Source: an uncultured Alphaproteobacteria bacterium
GTDB taxonomy: Bacteria; Pseudomonadota; Alphaproteobacteria; RF32; CAG-239
Assembly (NCBI GenBank): GCA_944393695.1
Contig: CALYAY010000010.1
Location: 994 to 64,993, forward strand
Reading direction: 5' to 3'
DNA: 64,000 nucleotides
A model generated the notes under the pieces. That model was given only the letters and a program-made list of their open reading frames with translations. It did no database searches and had not been told where the DNA came from. The first letter of the stretch is position 1; the number at the start of each line of letters is the position of its first letter. Both the position numbers and the translations under genes were made by a program. Below are positions 19,195 to 28,930 of the stretch, piece after piece.

Positions 19195-19719
19195 TCAAAA
19201 AGCCAGACAACGTACAGCATCATTCCATTTGTCAAAATCTGCCGCATACAACGGATTAATACATCCCAGAATTTCAACATCGTCACCACTTTCAAACAAA
19301 ACGGCATTCAGCGAAACTCCGTATTCGGCATAAACCCGGGCGGCCAAATCCCTCCAATAAAAAACTTCCCGTTCCAACCGACCTTCTTTCAGGCTTCCGG
19401 GAAACTTCACGCAACAGCTGAAACTCTTAAAAGGAGCCTCTTCATTCAACTGCACATTATACGTCCCGATACGCAGCCCCGGCTTCAAACACCATGCGGC
19501 CCGACGGCAGGAATCTTCGTCATGAAAATGCACGGCCCAACCTTTTTCGGTCTCCATTTCAATGCCTTTTTCGCCCTGCCGCACATCATAAACAGCCACT
19601 GCCCGGCACAAACCTTCAGGGGCAACTCCCGCGGCAAAAAGTTCTTCCAATACGTTCTCATCCGTAATTCCGTTGTCTTTCTCCGGCTTGTTAAAAGCTC
19701 CGACAAATAATGTATACAT
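19195..19719 (-). CDS. Hypothetical protein
   Basis: ORF 19195..19782. The likely start is the ATG at 19719 (MYTLFVGAF...). No recognisable family. Confidence 0.35.
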   Translation of the reverse strand: MYTLFVGAFNKPEKDNGITDENVLEELFAAGVAPEGLCRAVAVYDVRQGEKGIEMETEKGWAVHFHDEDSCRRAAWCLKPGLRIGTYNVQLNEEAPFKSFSCCVKFPGSLKEGRLEREVFYWRDLAARVYAEYGVSLNAVLFESGDDVEILGCINPLYAADFDKWNDAVRCLAF

Positions 19720-19866
19720 ACGCAAAAAATTATAAGTTAATAATAAAAAAACAGGCATAGTATAACAAACTTCAAGCCCCAAATCAAGCCATTATTTTTT
19801 AATTGCCAAACGCCCTTTCTGCCGCTACAATCTGAGTAATTTTTTAGCAAAAACAAGTAACGCAAA

Positions 19867-21027
19867 ATGAAGATTATAGAAAACACCAATTCTCTCGAAA
19901 AATTCTGCGCCTTTCTCGAAACGCAGCCTTTCATCACCCTTGACCTTGAATTTGTCCGGGAAAAAACTTACTACCCCGAACTCGGCCTCATTCAGGTGGC
20001 CTGTCCCGACGACGAAGCCGTCATCGACCCGCTGGCTCCGGATTTAAACCTCTCCTCCTTTTTCCGCCTGCTTGACAATCCGCAAATAATCAAGGTTTTC
20101 CATTCCTGCCGCCAGGACATCGAAATTCTTTACAAACTCTGCGGTTTCATCCCTCATCCGCTCTACGACACCCAGGTTGCCGCCCAGCTCTGCGGCTTCG
20201 GCTCCGCCGTCAGTTACGAAAACCTGGTGCACGCTGTCTTGCATATCGAGCTTGACAAAAGCTGCCGCCTCACCAACTGGTGCTCCCGCCCGCTCTCTGA
20301 GCAACAATTGCAATATGCCCTCTCCGATGTTACCCATCTGATGCACATCTACCGCCGCCTGCATGATGAAATCTCTTCTCTCGGGCGTGAACACTGGATT
20401 GACGAGGAAATGAAAATCCTCTCTGATCCCGAAACCTATATTGTCCGCCCCGAAAATGCCTGGCTCAAGATTCGCCATCATTCCCGCAACCGCCGTTTTT
20501 TAACCATTCTGCAAGCCCTGGCAGCCTGGCGCGAAACCCGGGCCCAAAATAAAAACCTGCCCCGCCAGACCATCATCAAAGACGAATGCCTGCTCAACAT
20601 TGCCGCCACCTGCCCGCACGATATTAAAGAACTGGCCCAAATACGCAACATGCGCGCCGACATTCTCAAAGGCCGTCTGGCGCAGGAACTGGTAGATATT
20701 GTCATCGCCGTCGAAAAACTTCCCGCCTCGGCTTACATAAAACTCCCGGCAGAAAAAAAGATTGAAACCAATCCCTCTCTTTTCGAGCTGCTGAAACTCC
20801 TGCTGAACTTAAAAAGCATTCAATATCACACCGTCGCCCACCTGATCGCTTCCGAAAACGAATTAAAACTTTTCTCTTCCGGACGGGACCGCGGCCTGCT
20901 TATGCTCAAAGGCTGGCGCCGCAATATTTTCGGAAACGACGCCCTGTTATTGCGCAGCGGCAATCTTTCCCTGAGCTACAATCCCTCAGCCAAAGACATT
21001 TGCTTTCGGCAAACCTCTCCCGGCTGA
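19867..21027 (+). CDS. rnd: Ribonuclease D
   Basis: DEDDy 3'-5' exonuclease motifs ('ITLDLEFVRE', 'YALSDVTHL') followed by an HRDC domain. 386 aa. Confidence 0.85.
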   Translation: MKIIENTNSLEKFCAFLETQPFITLDLEFVREKTYYPELGLIQVACPDDEAVIDPLAPDLNLSSFFRLLDNPQIIKVFHSCRQDIEILYKLCGFIPHPLYDTQVAAQLCGFGSAVSYENLVHAVLHIELDKSCRLTNWCSRPLSEQQLQYALSDVTHLMHIYRRLHDEISSLGREHWIDEEMKILSDPETYIVRPENAWLKIRHHSRNRRFLTILQALAAWRETRAQNKNLPRQTIIKDECLLNIAATCPHDIKELAQIRNMRADILKGRLAQELVDIVIAVEKLPASAYIKLPAEKKIETNPSLFELLKLLLNLKSIQYHTVAHLIASENELKLFSSGRDRGLLMLKGWRRNIFGNDALLLRSGNLSLSYNPSAKDICFRQTSPG

Positions 21028-21039
21028 TACCCTTTGCCC

Positions 21040-21318
21040 TTATTTATAAAACAGCTGCAACACTTCCACAATCTTCCGGGCCTGCTCACTGTTCAGCGAA
21101 TAAAATATATTCTGAGCCTCACGCCGCGTTTTCACCACTTTTTCCGAACGCAGCACCGCCAGATGCTGGGACAAAGCCGACTGGCTCAGTCCGATAAGCT
21201 CTTCCAGCTCATGCACTTTCAGTTCTCCGTCCATAAGATGACACACAATCGCGAGCCGCTTTTCATTGCCCAAAGCTCTTAATAATCTTGCACCTGATAC
21301 TACAGCTATGTTTTTCAT
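21040..21318 (-). CDS. ArsR/SmtB-family transcriptional regulator
   Basis: wHTH 'LRALGNEKRLAIVCHLMDGELKVHELEELIGLSQSALSQHLAVLRSEKVV'. Start chosen at 21318 (MKNIAV) because it is preceded by an AGGAGGG RBS. The ORF track extends to 21396. Confidence 0.8.
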   Translation of the reverse strand: MKNIAVVSGARLLRALGNEKRLAIVCHLMDGELKVHELEELIGLSQSALSQHLAVLRSEKVVKTRREAQNIFYSLNSEQARKIVEVLQLFYK

Positions 21319-21360
21319 ATTTTTCCCTCCTATTAGCACCTCATAATTTAACACACGATT

Positions 21361-21374
21361 CTCCCGAATGGGAG
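21361..21374. promoter_or_regulatory. Inverted repeat CTCCC-GAAT-GGGAG in the arsR / xseB divergent promoter region. Candidate ArsR operator.
   Basis: Perfect 5-4-5 palindrome about 45 nt upstream of the arsR start. Confidence 0.25.
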
Positions 21375-21610
21375 TAAGGATACAACTAATATTCATATAA
21401 ACTTTAGACTATACAAAAAATCATAATACAAAAACATTGCTGTGATGATTATAGCCAATCTAAAGACAAGTTTCATTATGCTATTTAATCTGAGGCCGAA
21501 AGTCAAATAAAAAATATCCCGATTTTTTCACTTTCCCTGTCAATAAAAGTTGCGCTGCGGCAAATAAAAGTATAGACTTTGCCTCAAAAGAATTTAACGG
21601 AGTAAAACAC

Positions 21611-21868
21611 ATGACCGAAGAAGAAATCCAACAGCTGAGCTTTGAAGAAGCCCTGCTCAAACTCGAAAACATCGTACGCGAACTTGAAGGCGGACGCATC
21701 AAACTGGACGAAGCCGTCACCGCCTACGAACAGGCCGTCGCCCTCAAAAAATTCTGCGAAAGCAGATTACAGTCTGCCCGGCTGAAAATCGAAAAAATCG
21801 AACAACAGCCCGACGGCAGCCTGTCCGTCGCGCCTCTGGATGCCGCCGGAGAAAACGCCGATGACTGA
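21611..21868 (+). CDS. xseB: Exodeoxyribonuclease VII small subunit
   Basis: 'LSFEEALLKLENIVRELEGGRIKLDEAVTAYEQAV', 85 aa. Overlaps ispA, as in the classical xseB-ispA operon. Confidence 0.85.
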   Translation: MTEEEIQQLSFEEALLKLENIVRELEGGRIKLDEAVTAYEQAVALKKFCESRLQSARLKIEKIEQQPDGSLSVAPLDAAGENADD

Positions 21869-22763
21869 TATATCAAATCTGCTTTCCCGTTTTTCGGCTG
21901 ATTTTAATGCCCGGCTGGATAACTTTTTCCCTCTGTCGGACAACCCCGAAAACCGCGTCATTGAAGCCATGAAATATTCCGTCACCAACGGCGGCAAAAG
22001 GCTGCGCCCGTTTCTGGTTTGCACATTGGCACGGCTTTTCGGCCTTGATTTTGAGGCTTCGCTGCGCCCGGCCGTCGCCCTGGAATGCCTCCATTCTTAT
22101 TCTCTGATACACGACGACCTCCCCGCCATGGACAATGACGATCTCCGGCGCGGAAAACCCACCTGCCACAAAGCCTTTGACGAAGCCACCGCTATTCTTG
22201 CCGGCGACGGCCTTCTCACCTATGCCTTTGAAATTTTATCTTCCCCCGCCACTCATGCCGATGCCGCCATCCGCAGCGAACTCTGCCTGCTGCTGGCCGA
22301 AGCTGCCGGAGCCTTCAACGGCATGGTTTCCGGACAAATGCTTGATCTTTATATGGAAACGCATCAAAAAGCCGGCTCGGAAGAAATCATCCGCCGCATT
22401 GAAGAAATGAAAACCGGACGCCTGATTCGTTATGCCTGTGAAGCCGGTGCCGTTTTGGGACGCGCCGCTCCTGATCAAAGGCAGGCCTTGATTTCTTATG
22501 CCCGGGGCATCGGCGTCGCTTTCCAGATAGCCGACGACATTCTTGACGTGGAAGGTTCTCCCGAATTGGTCGGCAAAACCCTGCAAAAAGATTCCGCACA
22601 GGGAAAAGTCACTTTTGTCAGCCTCTTCGGCCTGGAAACCGCCCGTCAAATGGCCGGGGATTACATTGCCGGGGCCAAACGGGCTCTTTCAATCTTCCCC
22701 GCCGGAGAAGAAATCGAAATTCTGCAAAACCTGGCAGATTTCATCATCAACCGGCGTTATTAA
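21840..22763 (+). CDS. ispA: Farnesyl-diphosphate synthase / geranyltranstransferase
   Basis: First Asp-rich motif 'LIHDDLPAMDNDDLRRG' and second 'FQIADDILD'. Confidence 0.9.
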   Translation: MPPEKTPMTDISNLLSRFSADFNARLDNFFPLSDNPENRVIEAMKYSVTNGGKRLRPFLVCTLARLFGLDFEASLRPAVALECLHSYSLIHDDLPAMDNDDLRRGKPTCHKAFDEATAILAGDGLLTYAFEILSSPATHADAAIRSELCLLLAEAAGAFNGMVSGQMLDLYMETHQKAGSEEIIRRIEEMKTGRLIRYACEAGAVLGRAAPDQRQALISYARGIGVAFQIADDILDVEGSPELVGKTLQKDSAQGKVTFVSLFGLETARQMAGDYIAGAKRALSIFPAGEEIEILQNLADFIINRRY

Positions 22764-22775
22764 AACGCCGGTTTT

Positions 22776-23825
22776 TTATTGAAAAACAATCTGGCGGAAT
22801 ACATTTTCCAAAAAGAAAAGCGATATAAAGCAAATACTTGCCGCAATAACCGGAGTCGCAATCCAGCCGGCGGCAATCTTCAGAATAACCATCCAGTTAA
22901 TCCCCCGGCCGCCTTTAGCCAGACCGATTCCCAAAATTGCCCCGATCATTGCCTGCGAACTTGAAACCGGCACCAGCGGCAGCGACGGCAGTCCGTAAGC
23001 CTCCAGCAGTCCCTTTAATCCCTGGGAAGCAAACAAAAACAAAACCAGCGACTGGGCAAATACGGCAATCAGGGCAATAACCGGCGTCATTGACATCAGA
23101 TTTTTTCCTACCGTTTTTATGGTTTTGTTAGAATAAGTAAAAATCCCCGCCCCGATAGACAGCGCCCCGATAAGAAACAATATCTGTTCCGGAGACAAAC
23201 TCAGCCATTCGGTTGAAAAAGCCGCAAAAGGCGAAGATTCCACAAACACGCCCATCACATTGGCAATATTATTCGCCCCCAGGGCATAAGCCCCGAACGC
23301 GGTCAGAAAGATTAACCCGCCCCGGATATAACTGTCCCGGCGCAGCAAATGCATTTTGGAATGCCTCAGCCAGAGTTTCACCAGCCAGTAAAGCACCATG
23401 GCAATACCGGCGCTCAGCAACGGACAAAACACCCACGAACCGACAATCACCGACAAAACATCCGTATTCGTCGGCTTATGGCTGTAAATATTCCAGCCGA
23501 TAATTGCCCCCACAATAGCCTGAGAAGTTGAAACCAGAATTCCCGAACTCACCATCCAGTAAACCGCCAATGCCGCCGACAGCGCCACCATAAACGCTCC
23601 CGCCACGGCGTTCACCGACCCCAGCGCATCAATCGTCGCCGTTGTCCCGCCGCCGGCACAAACCGCTCCCAGCACCACGAACACCGAAGCAATCCAGGCC
23701 GCCGTTCTGAATTTTATCATCCGGGTGCCGACAGCTGTTCCGAAAATATTTGCCGCATCATTTGCTCCCAGCGACCACCCCAGAAACAACCCGCTGCTCA
23801 GATAAACAAAAAACAAAATCTCCAT
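22776..23825 (-). CDS. pit: Inorganic phosphate transporter, PiT family
   Basis: 'GANDAANIFGTAVGT' signature repeated in both halves, about 10 TM helices. Confidence 0.9.
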   Translation of the reverse strand: MEILFFVYLSSGLFLGWSLGANDAANIFGTAVGTRMIKFRTAAWIASVFVVLGAVCAGGGTTATIDALGSVNAVAGAFMVALSAALAVYWMVSSGILVSTSQAIVGAIIGWNIYSHKPTNTDVLSVIVGSWVFCPLLSAGIAMVLYWLVKLWLRHSKMHLLRRDSYIRGGLIFLTAFGAYALGANNIANVMGVFVESSPFAAFSTEWLSLSPEQILFLIGALSIGAGIFTYSNKTIKTVGKNLMSMTPVIALIAVFAQSLVLFLFASQGLKGLLEAYGLPSLPLVPVSSSQAMIGAILGIGLAKGGRGINWMVILKIAAGWIATPVIAASICFISLFFLENVFRQIVFQ

Positions 23826-24484
23826 CAGATATCCCTTTTGATTGTAAATATCAAAAGCTCGTCGACACAGTCTTCCGCCAAATCCGCAATCTTCTCGATT
23901 TCATCAACCAGCGTGCTCAGCTGCAGTTTATTGGCCAGCGGCATGTCCGAGTCAAAAATAGCCTCCTTCAGCCGCCCCGAGGTCAGATCCGTTTCATGCT
24001 CCAGAAAATACACTTTTTGCGAATAATCGCGCACCAGGGTAAAATCCCTGAAAAAAGACCGCGAAGCAATGCTCATGTTTTCCGCGCATTCCGTCACCTG
24101 CCCGGTCAGATCAATAATTCTTGAATGATATATTTCCGGAATCTCCGGCCGCTCGATATAAAACTGATACGACACCTCGTCAAAACGGTTAATCACCTTG
24201 TCCAGATTTTCCACCAGTTCCAAAACATTTCCCCTCAGATCCGGAATCAGATTTTGCGAATACAGCCGGCTCTCAATCTCCCGCCGCAGCTGATCGGCAT
24301 CATGCTCAATCTGTTTCAGCTGTTTGTTCACCTTTTTAAAAGCCTCGCAGCGCCCTTCACTCAGATACACATGCATGGACTTGTTAAAAGTCATGGCCGC
24401 ATCAATCACTTTATCATGAAAAACATCAATTTTATTTTCCAGCGTTTTTGCTCTGGAAAACAACGAAATTTTTACGTTAAACAT
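23825..24484 (-). CDS. DUF47 / PhoU-like Pit accessory protein
   Basis: 219-aa helical protein immediately upstream of pit and overlapping it. This pair is a conserved arrangement. Confidence 0.75.
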   Translation of the reverse strand: MFNVKISLFSRAKTLENKIDVFHDKVIDAAMTFNKSMHVYLSEGRCEAFKKVNKQLKQIEHDADQLRREIESRLYSQNLIPDLRGNVLELVENLDKVINRFDEVSYQFYIERPEIPEIYHSRIIDLTGQVTECAENMSIASRSFFRDFTLVRDYSQKVYFLEHETDLTSGRLKEAIFDSDMPLANKLQLSTLVDEIEKIADLAEDCVDELLIFTIKRDI

Positions 24485-24664
24485 TCACTACAAACCTTTT
24501 TTTACCAAAATTGCTAATCTCTTTTATATCACATAAATATTAATAAAAATGTACTTTTTTGATAAATTATTAAGAATTAAACATTATTTTAGACTTGTAA
24601 AAAATAATGTTATTGGCTAGATTAAACCATGTTATGTAATTGCTTTTAGATTAAGGATATTAAT

Positions 24665-25411
24665 ATGAACAAAAATGCTCCTCTTTATATTTCGCTGATA
24701 GCGCTTGTGGCCTCTGCGGCTGCAGTTTTCATGAGCACCAATCCTCAGCCTGCCGCCCCGCAGCCGGCAGCAAACGCCGACACGGCATCGGTTGAAGAAA
24801 CATTAAACAATAATCCAGAGATTATTATCAATGCCATGCGGAATTATGAACAAAAGATGAGAGACGAAGCTGCAGCCAATGCTCAGAAACTCATTACCGA
24901 CAACATCGAAGCCGTTAACAACGACCCCGACACGCCGGTCATCGGCAACCCCGACGGAACCATCACCCTGGTTGAGTTCTTTGACTTCTCCTGCGGTTAC
25001 TGCCACAGACTTTATCCGACTTTGAAAAACATCATTGCCAAAAACCCTGACGTTAAAGTTCTGGGTAAGATGATGGCTTTCGTATCCCAGTCTTCCGACT
25101 ATGCCGCGAGAGCCGCTTTGGCTGCCAACGAACAGGGAAAATATACCGAAATGTATGATGCTTTGTTCACGTCCGAAGGTCCTCTGACCGAAGAATCAAT
25201 CAATGCCGCAGCCGTCAAAATCGGTTTGGACATGGCCAAATTCAATGCTGACGTAAACTCTGACAAGGTTAAAAACACCATGAGCAACTTCAGCTCTCTG
25301 GCTCAGAAGATTCAGGTTAACGGCGTACCTTCAATGATTTTGAACGGCAAAATGCTGCAAACTCTGGATGAAAGCGTCATTCAAAACGCCATTGACGAAC
25401 TGAAAAAATAA
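24665..25411 (+). CDS. DsbA-like periplasmic thiol:disulfide oxidoreductase
   Basis: Signal anchor plus a thioredoxin-fold active site 'CGYCH'. Confidence 0.7.
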   Translation: MNKNAPLYISLIALVASAAAVFMSTNPQPAAPQPAANADTASVEETLNNNPEIIINAMRNYEQKMRDEAAANAQKLITDNIEAVNNDPDTPVIGNPDGTITLVEFFDFSCGYCHRLYPTLKNIIAKNPDVKVLGKMMAFVSQSSDYAARAALAANEQGKYTEMYDALFTSEGPLTEESINAAAVKIGLDMAKFNADVNSDKVKNTMSNFSSLAQKIQVNGVPSMILNGKMLQTLDESVIQNAIDELKK

Positions 25412-25430
25412 TTTCGGTTCACCACAAATC

Positions 25431-25465
25431 CAAACTCCGGCTCCCAAGCTCCGGAGTTTTTTTTA
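25431..25465. terminator. Rho-independent terminator. Copy 1 of a repeated AAACTCCGG-N10-CCGGAGT8 element.
   Basis: AAACTCCGG-ctcccaagct-CCGGAGTTTTTTTT. Confidence 0.6.
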
Positions 25466-25527
25466 TTTCGCATATTGACTTTTTAGACAAAAAGAATAAA
25501 CTACCCTCAAATTAAATTATTATAGCT

Positions 25528-25935
25528 ATGGATAAAAATTATTTATTAAAAATTATCAAAAAAAATTTCATCATTCTCAGTAAAGATGAAATATCGGAAA
25601 AAATCGGAGAAATTTCTTATTTTGATCCTAAAAGCTTTCTGACCCAACTGATTCGGCAGCAAAACGACAAACTTAACGACGAACAATATCAAGGCGTACT
25701 TCATTCGCACTTTTTTGATATTGTTAACTGGCTGGTAAAGGATTTGATAGAAGATTCCTGCAAATTTGATCCCCGGACAGGAGCATGCGGCATATTCAAT
25801 CCCCAGAAAGCTGACCGGGCTGATGCCGCCCAACTGGTAATCTCGGTTTATTATCACTACCCGGCTATCTGCCTCCCCTCGTTGATGTATTCTTTCATCC
25901 GCCTGGTGCTGAAAGAAAAAATTCTCCTGGTTTAA
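25528..25935 (+). CDS. Hypothetical protein (135 aa)
   Basis: ORF only. AT-rich 5' end. Confidence 0.3.
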   Translation: MDKNYLLKIIKKNFIILSKDEISEKIGEISYFDPKSFLTQLIRQQNDKLNDEQYQGVLHSHFFDIVNWLVKDLIEDSCKFDPRTGACGIFNPQKADRADAAQLVISVYYHYPAICLPSLMYSFIRLVLKEKILLV

Positions 25936-25947
25936 TCCCTCTTCATC

Positions 25948-25984
25948 CAAAAACTCCGGCCGCTTCCGCCCGGAGTTTTTTTTA
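25948..25984. terminator. Rho-independent terminator. Copy 2 of the repeated element.
   Basis: AAAAACTCCGG-ccgcttccgc-CCGGAGTTTTTTTTATTTT. Near-identical to copy 1, including the flanks. Confidence 0.6.
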
Positions 25985-26281
25985 TTTTCCCTCACTAAAA
26001 CTTCAGAACAGACTGGAAAGAGAGCATATTCAAACAAAAATGTCCTCCTCAGCAGCTCCCTTTCACCCTCGGCCATTCTTTTCTGTCGTTCTCTAATTGC
26101 CCAGGAATCCGGGCACCCCCATTGTCATTACCATCCTCCCTGAAAACTCAGAGAAGGTTTCATTTTATTTAAACTATTAGCTAAGACTAATTTTCCGTCA
26201 TATAGCCAAATTATCTATTTACAACTATTTCGAATTTTGTTATCATAAGATTCGTGAAGACAACAATAGACAGGTGATATT

Positions 26282-28375
26282 ATGATGAAACTATCTAAAG
26301 CTTTAATGCTGTCCGTTTCCGGACTGATTTTCACGTCCAACGGCAGCGCCGCTTCAATGTATGATTCAACATCTTTCAATTCTCCGGATGCGATTACATT
26401 TGTCCACACACACACCTCTCATCCGGAAGAAATATTGTTGTCTTCACCCGATTTATCATTCCCGGGTCAACCCCTCATTTTTCTCCGACACGGGAATAAT
26501 TTATCTCAAAAAATGGAAGAAATAAAAACAGCCGCCACTTGTTTTGTGACCGACACCTCGGCCTGTTCGGGGAATGAGTTTGCTGGCAACAATGCCGATG
26601 ATGACGGTCATGGTGGTCCCGGTGGCCCCGGAAACGGTGATGATGACTATGACCTCGACAACGAAGAACGTTGCAAAAAAGAAGGATATACTATGACCTC
26701 CTGTCCGGAAGGACAAGAAGGTTCCAACTTCTGTCCTTATGACAGCAGTTATTTCGAAGAATGTGTAAATTCCTGTCCCTCAAATTATGTAACTTGTGAG
26801 AAACCCTATTACGGAGTTGGTGAGGCATGTGACGGCAAATATGCTTCTTGTGAAAAAGACACCGAACGCGCCTGTCAGGAATTAAACCCCCGTTATGTTG
26901 ATGAATGCGGCACCGGACAGCAATTAAGTGATGACAGATGTTCTTACGACAATACTTACGGCACCTGCTGTAACACCTGTGCCGGATATGATTATACCAC
27001 CATTCCCGAAGGATACGTTCAGGACGGAGAGGCCTGCACCGGCTGTGACGGACAGAAACATTACAAGATAAAGCCCAATCCCTGTGACGGATTTATGGAC
27101 TGCGGTTCTATGGGGCCGGATACAGGCGCAAAGACCTGCCTGTCGGGCTCAACCACCAAGTACAGCAACTGCAAGCCCTGTCCCAACCTCGGCACCCTCA
27201 CCAGCTGTCCCAGCCCGTTTACCTGCACCTACGAGGATTGCTCCGGTCTCTGGTACAAAACCGGTTGTCAGTCTGGCTACGACTGGAACCAAAGCGCCAA
27301 AACTTGTACCCAGCAATGCTCGGATAATTATAAATACACCTGTACGGGAAGCCATGAAACCGGAGGTTCCGGATCTGCCTGCGGCGGATTGTATAAAAGC
27401 TGTATCTGTGCAAGCGGTTATGCCTGGAGCGAGGGAAAATGCGTTATTGCAAATTGCCAATACACGGGAACAACCCACATCTCCGAAAAATATGATGAAT
27501 GTGACTGCACGGGTATTCTCACTTCACCCCCTGTTTACAGCCGCGTAATAACTTATTCTTCCATGTGCATTACATCAAATGGAATAAGAGGCGATTACAG
27601 ACGAGGCGTCAATCGGGAACAAAGCGGAAAATATGCATCAAGAGAAGAATGTATGGCAGATTGCGAATACGGCAGATCCCCCAGCGGTCCGGTAAATTAT
27701 ATATCAACGGGAAAAAGTTGTTCTTTCAGCACCAAATGTGAAACCGCCGTCTGGGGAGAATGTACCGGTTATGCCCAAAACTGCAATATCGGCGATATTG
27801 TCTACAGCGACGGAACCTGTGCTTCCACTGTCGTCTCCAACAAAACCCCCATCGCCGTTGTTGTCTATAAAAGTGCCGACGGAAAATGCGCTCAGGCTAT
27901 GGCACTGAAATCAATCGGTAACTATGAGTGGGGCGGATATGGCACGGATATATCCAGTTTAAACAACTTTGTCTTAGATAGCAATGCCGCAACAGATACG
28001 CAAAGCTGCCGCAATACAGACATCATTGTATCTGCCGGTGGGAAAAGTACATACCCGGCTGCCTGGGCTGCGCATGAATATAAAACCGTCGGAACGAATG
28101 CCGGTGACTGGTGCCTGCCGGCTGCTGGTATTATGGTGAGTATAGGAAATACAACAAATACAATAACAAATACTTCAGCAATACTTAAAAGCCTTAGAAC
28201 CGTTGGCGGAGAAGTGTTTGACATCGGAAATGGCGTAATTATTCCTAAGTATTGGACATCTTCTGAAAGACACACAATATTTTCTTGGGCTTCCAATGGT
28301 TATGGTAATATAATGGCTTTAAGCGATGACTCAAAAGAACAACATTATATGGTTCGCCCCGTCCTTGAGTTCTAG
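26282..28375 (+). CDS. Secreted Cys-rich protein with a C-terminal DUF1566 (Lcl C-terminal) domain
   Basis: Signal peptide MMKLSKALMLSVSGLIFTSNGSAA, and more than 60 Cys arranged in repeated C..C modules. The C-terminus has 'AAWAAHEYKTVGTNAGDWCLPAAG' and 'YWTSSE...VRPV', matching DUF1566 signatures as I remember them. Confidence 0.6.
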   Translation: MMKLSKALMLSVSGLIFTSNGSAASMYDSTSFNSPDAITFVHTHTSHPEEILLSSPDLSFPGQPLIFLRHGNNLSQKMEEIKTAATCFVTDTSACSGNEFAGNNADDDGHGGPGGPGNGDDDYDLDNEERCKKEGYTMTSCPEGQEGSNFCPYDSSYFEECVNSCPSNYVTCEKPYYGVGEACDGKYASCEKDTERACQELNPRYVDECGTGQQLSDDRCSYDNTYGTCCNTCAGYDYTTIPEGYVQDGEACTGCDGQKHYKIKPNPCDGFMDCGSMGPDTGAKTCLSGSTTKYSNCKPCPNLGTLTSCPSPFTCTYEDCSGLWYKTGCQSGYDWNQSAKTCTQQCSDNYKYTCTGSHETGGSGSACGGLYKSCICASGYAWSEGKCVIANCQYTGTTHISEKYDECDCTGILTSPPVYSRVITYSSMCITSNGIRGDYRRGVNREQSGKYASREECMADCEYGRSPSGPVNYISTGKSCSFSTKCETAVWGECTGYAQNCNIGDIVYSDGTCASTVVSNKTPIAVVVYKSADGKCAQAMALKSIGNYEWGGYGTDISSLNNFVLDSNAATDTQSCRNTDIIVSAGGKSTYPAAWAAHEYKTVGTNAGDWCLPAAGIMVSIGNTTNTITNTSAILKSLRTVGGEVFDIGNGVIIPKYWTSSERHTIFSWASNGYGNIMALSDDSKEQHYMVRPVLEF

Positions 28376-28392
28376 CGCAACCTCGTACCACA

Positions 28393-28425
28393 AAAAAACT
28401 CCGCCCGCCCGGACGGAGTTTTTTT
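28393..28425. terminator. Rho-independent terminator. Copy 3 of the repeated element.
   Basis: AAAAAACTCCG-cccgcccgga-CGGAGTTTTTTT. Confidence 0.55.
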
Positions 28426-28427
28426 CG

Positions 28428-28781
28428 TTACTGTTGTTTTTTATCCTCTGCGGAAACATGGTTTTCACGGATATACCCCATAGCCAGAAAACGCTCATAC
28501 ATTTCCACACCGAATTTCTTAACAAACTCGTCTTTGTTTCCTTCTCCCTGGCAGATAATATATTGAAAAGCCGCCTCCATTTCGTTTTCCGGAGAAAGAC
28601 TAAGCAGATTTTCCCGCACCTGGGAATTTATTCTTCTCTCGCGATAAGCTCTATACCAGGCAATGCCCAAAACCACAACGGCCAGCCCGACGGTAAACCA
28701 CGCAGATTTAACAACCGCCTGCACAAAGCAAAGCGCCATTAAAAACAACAAAACATAACTAAAAACAAGAATTTTTCTCAT
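28428..28781 (-). CDS. Small membrane protein (2 TM helices), hypothetical
   Basis: 117-aa ORF with two hydrophobic helices. Confidence 0.35.
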   Translation of the reverse strand: MRKILVFSYVLLFLMALCFVQAVVKSAWFTVGLAVVVLGIAWYRAYRERRINSQVRENLLSLSPENEMEAAFQYIICQGEGNKDEFVKKFGVEMYERFLAMGYIRENHVSAEDKKQQ

Positions 28782-28930
28782 AACATAAAAATTTAATTTA
28801 TAATAATCTTCAAACGCCTCTAATATAAAACAACATTTTCCGTTCCGTCAACAAATTTAATTCCCCCCTTGTCTTAAATGCAAATAAGATTAAAATGCTT
28901 TCCGTTCAAAAACAAACATCAGGCAAAATC

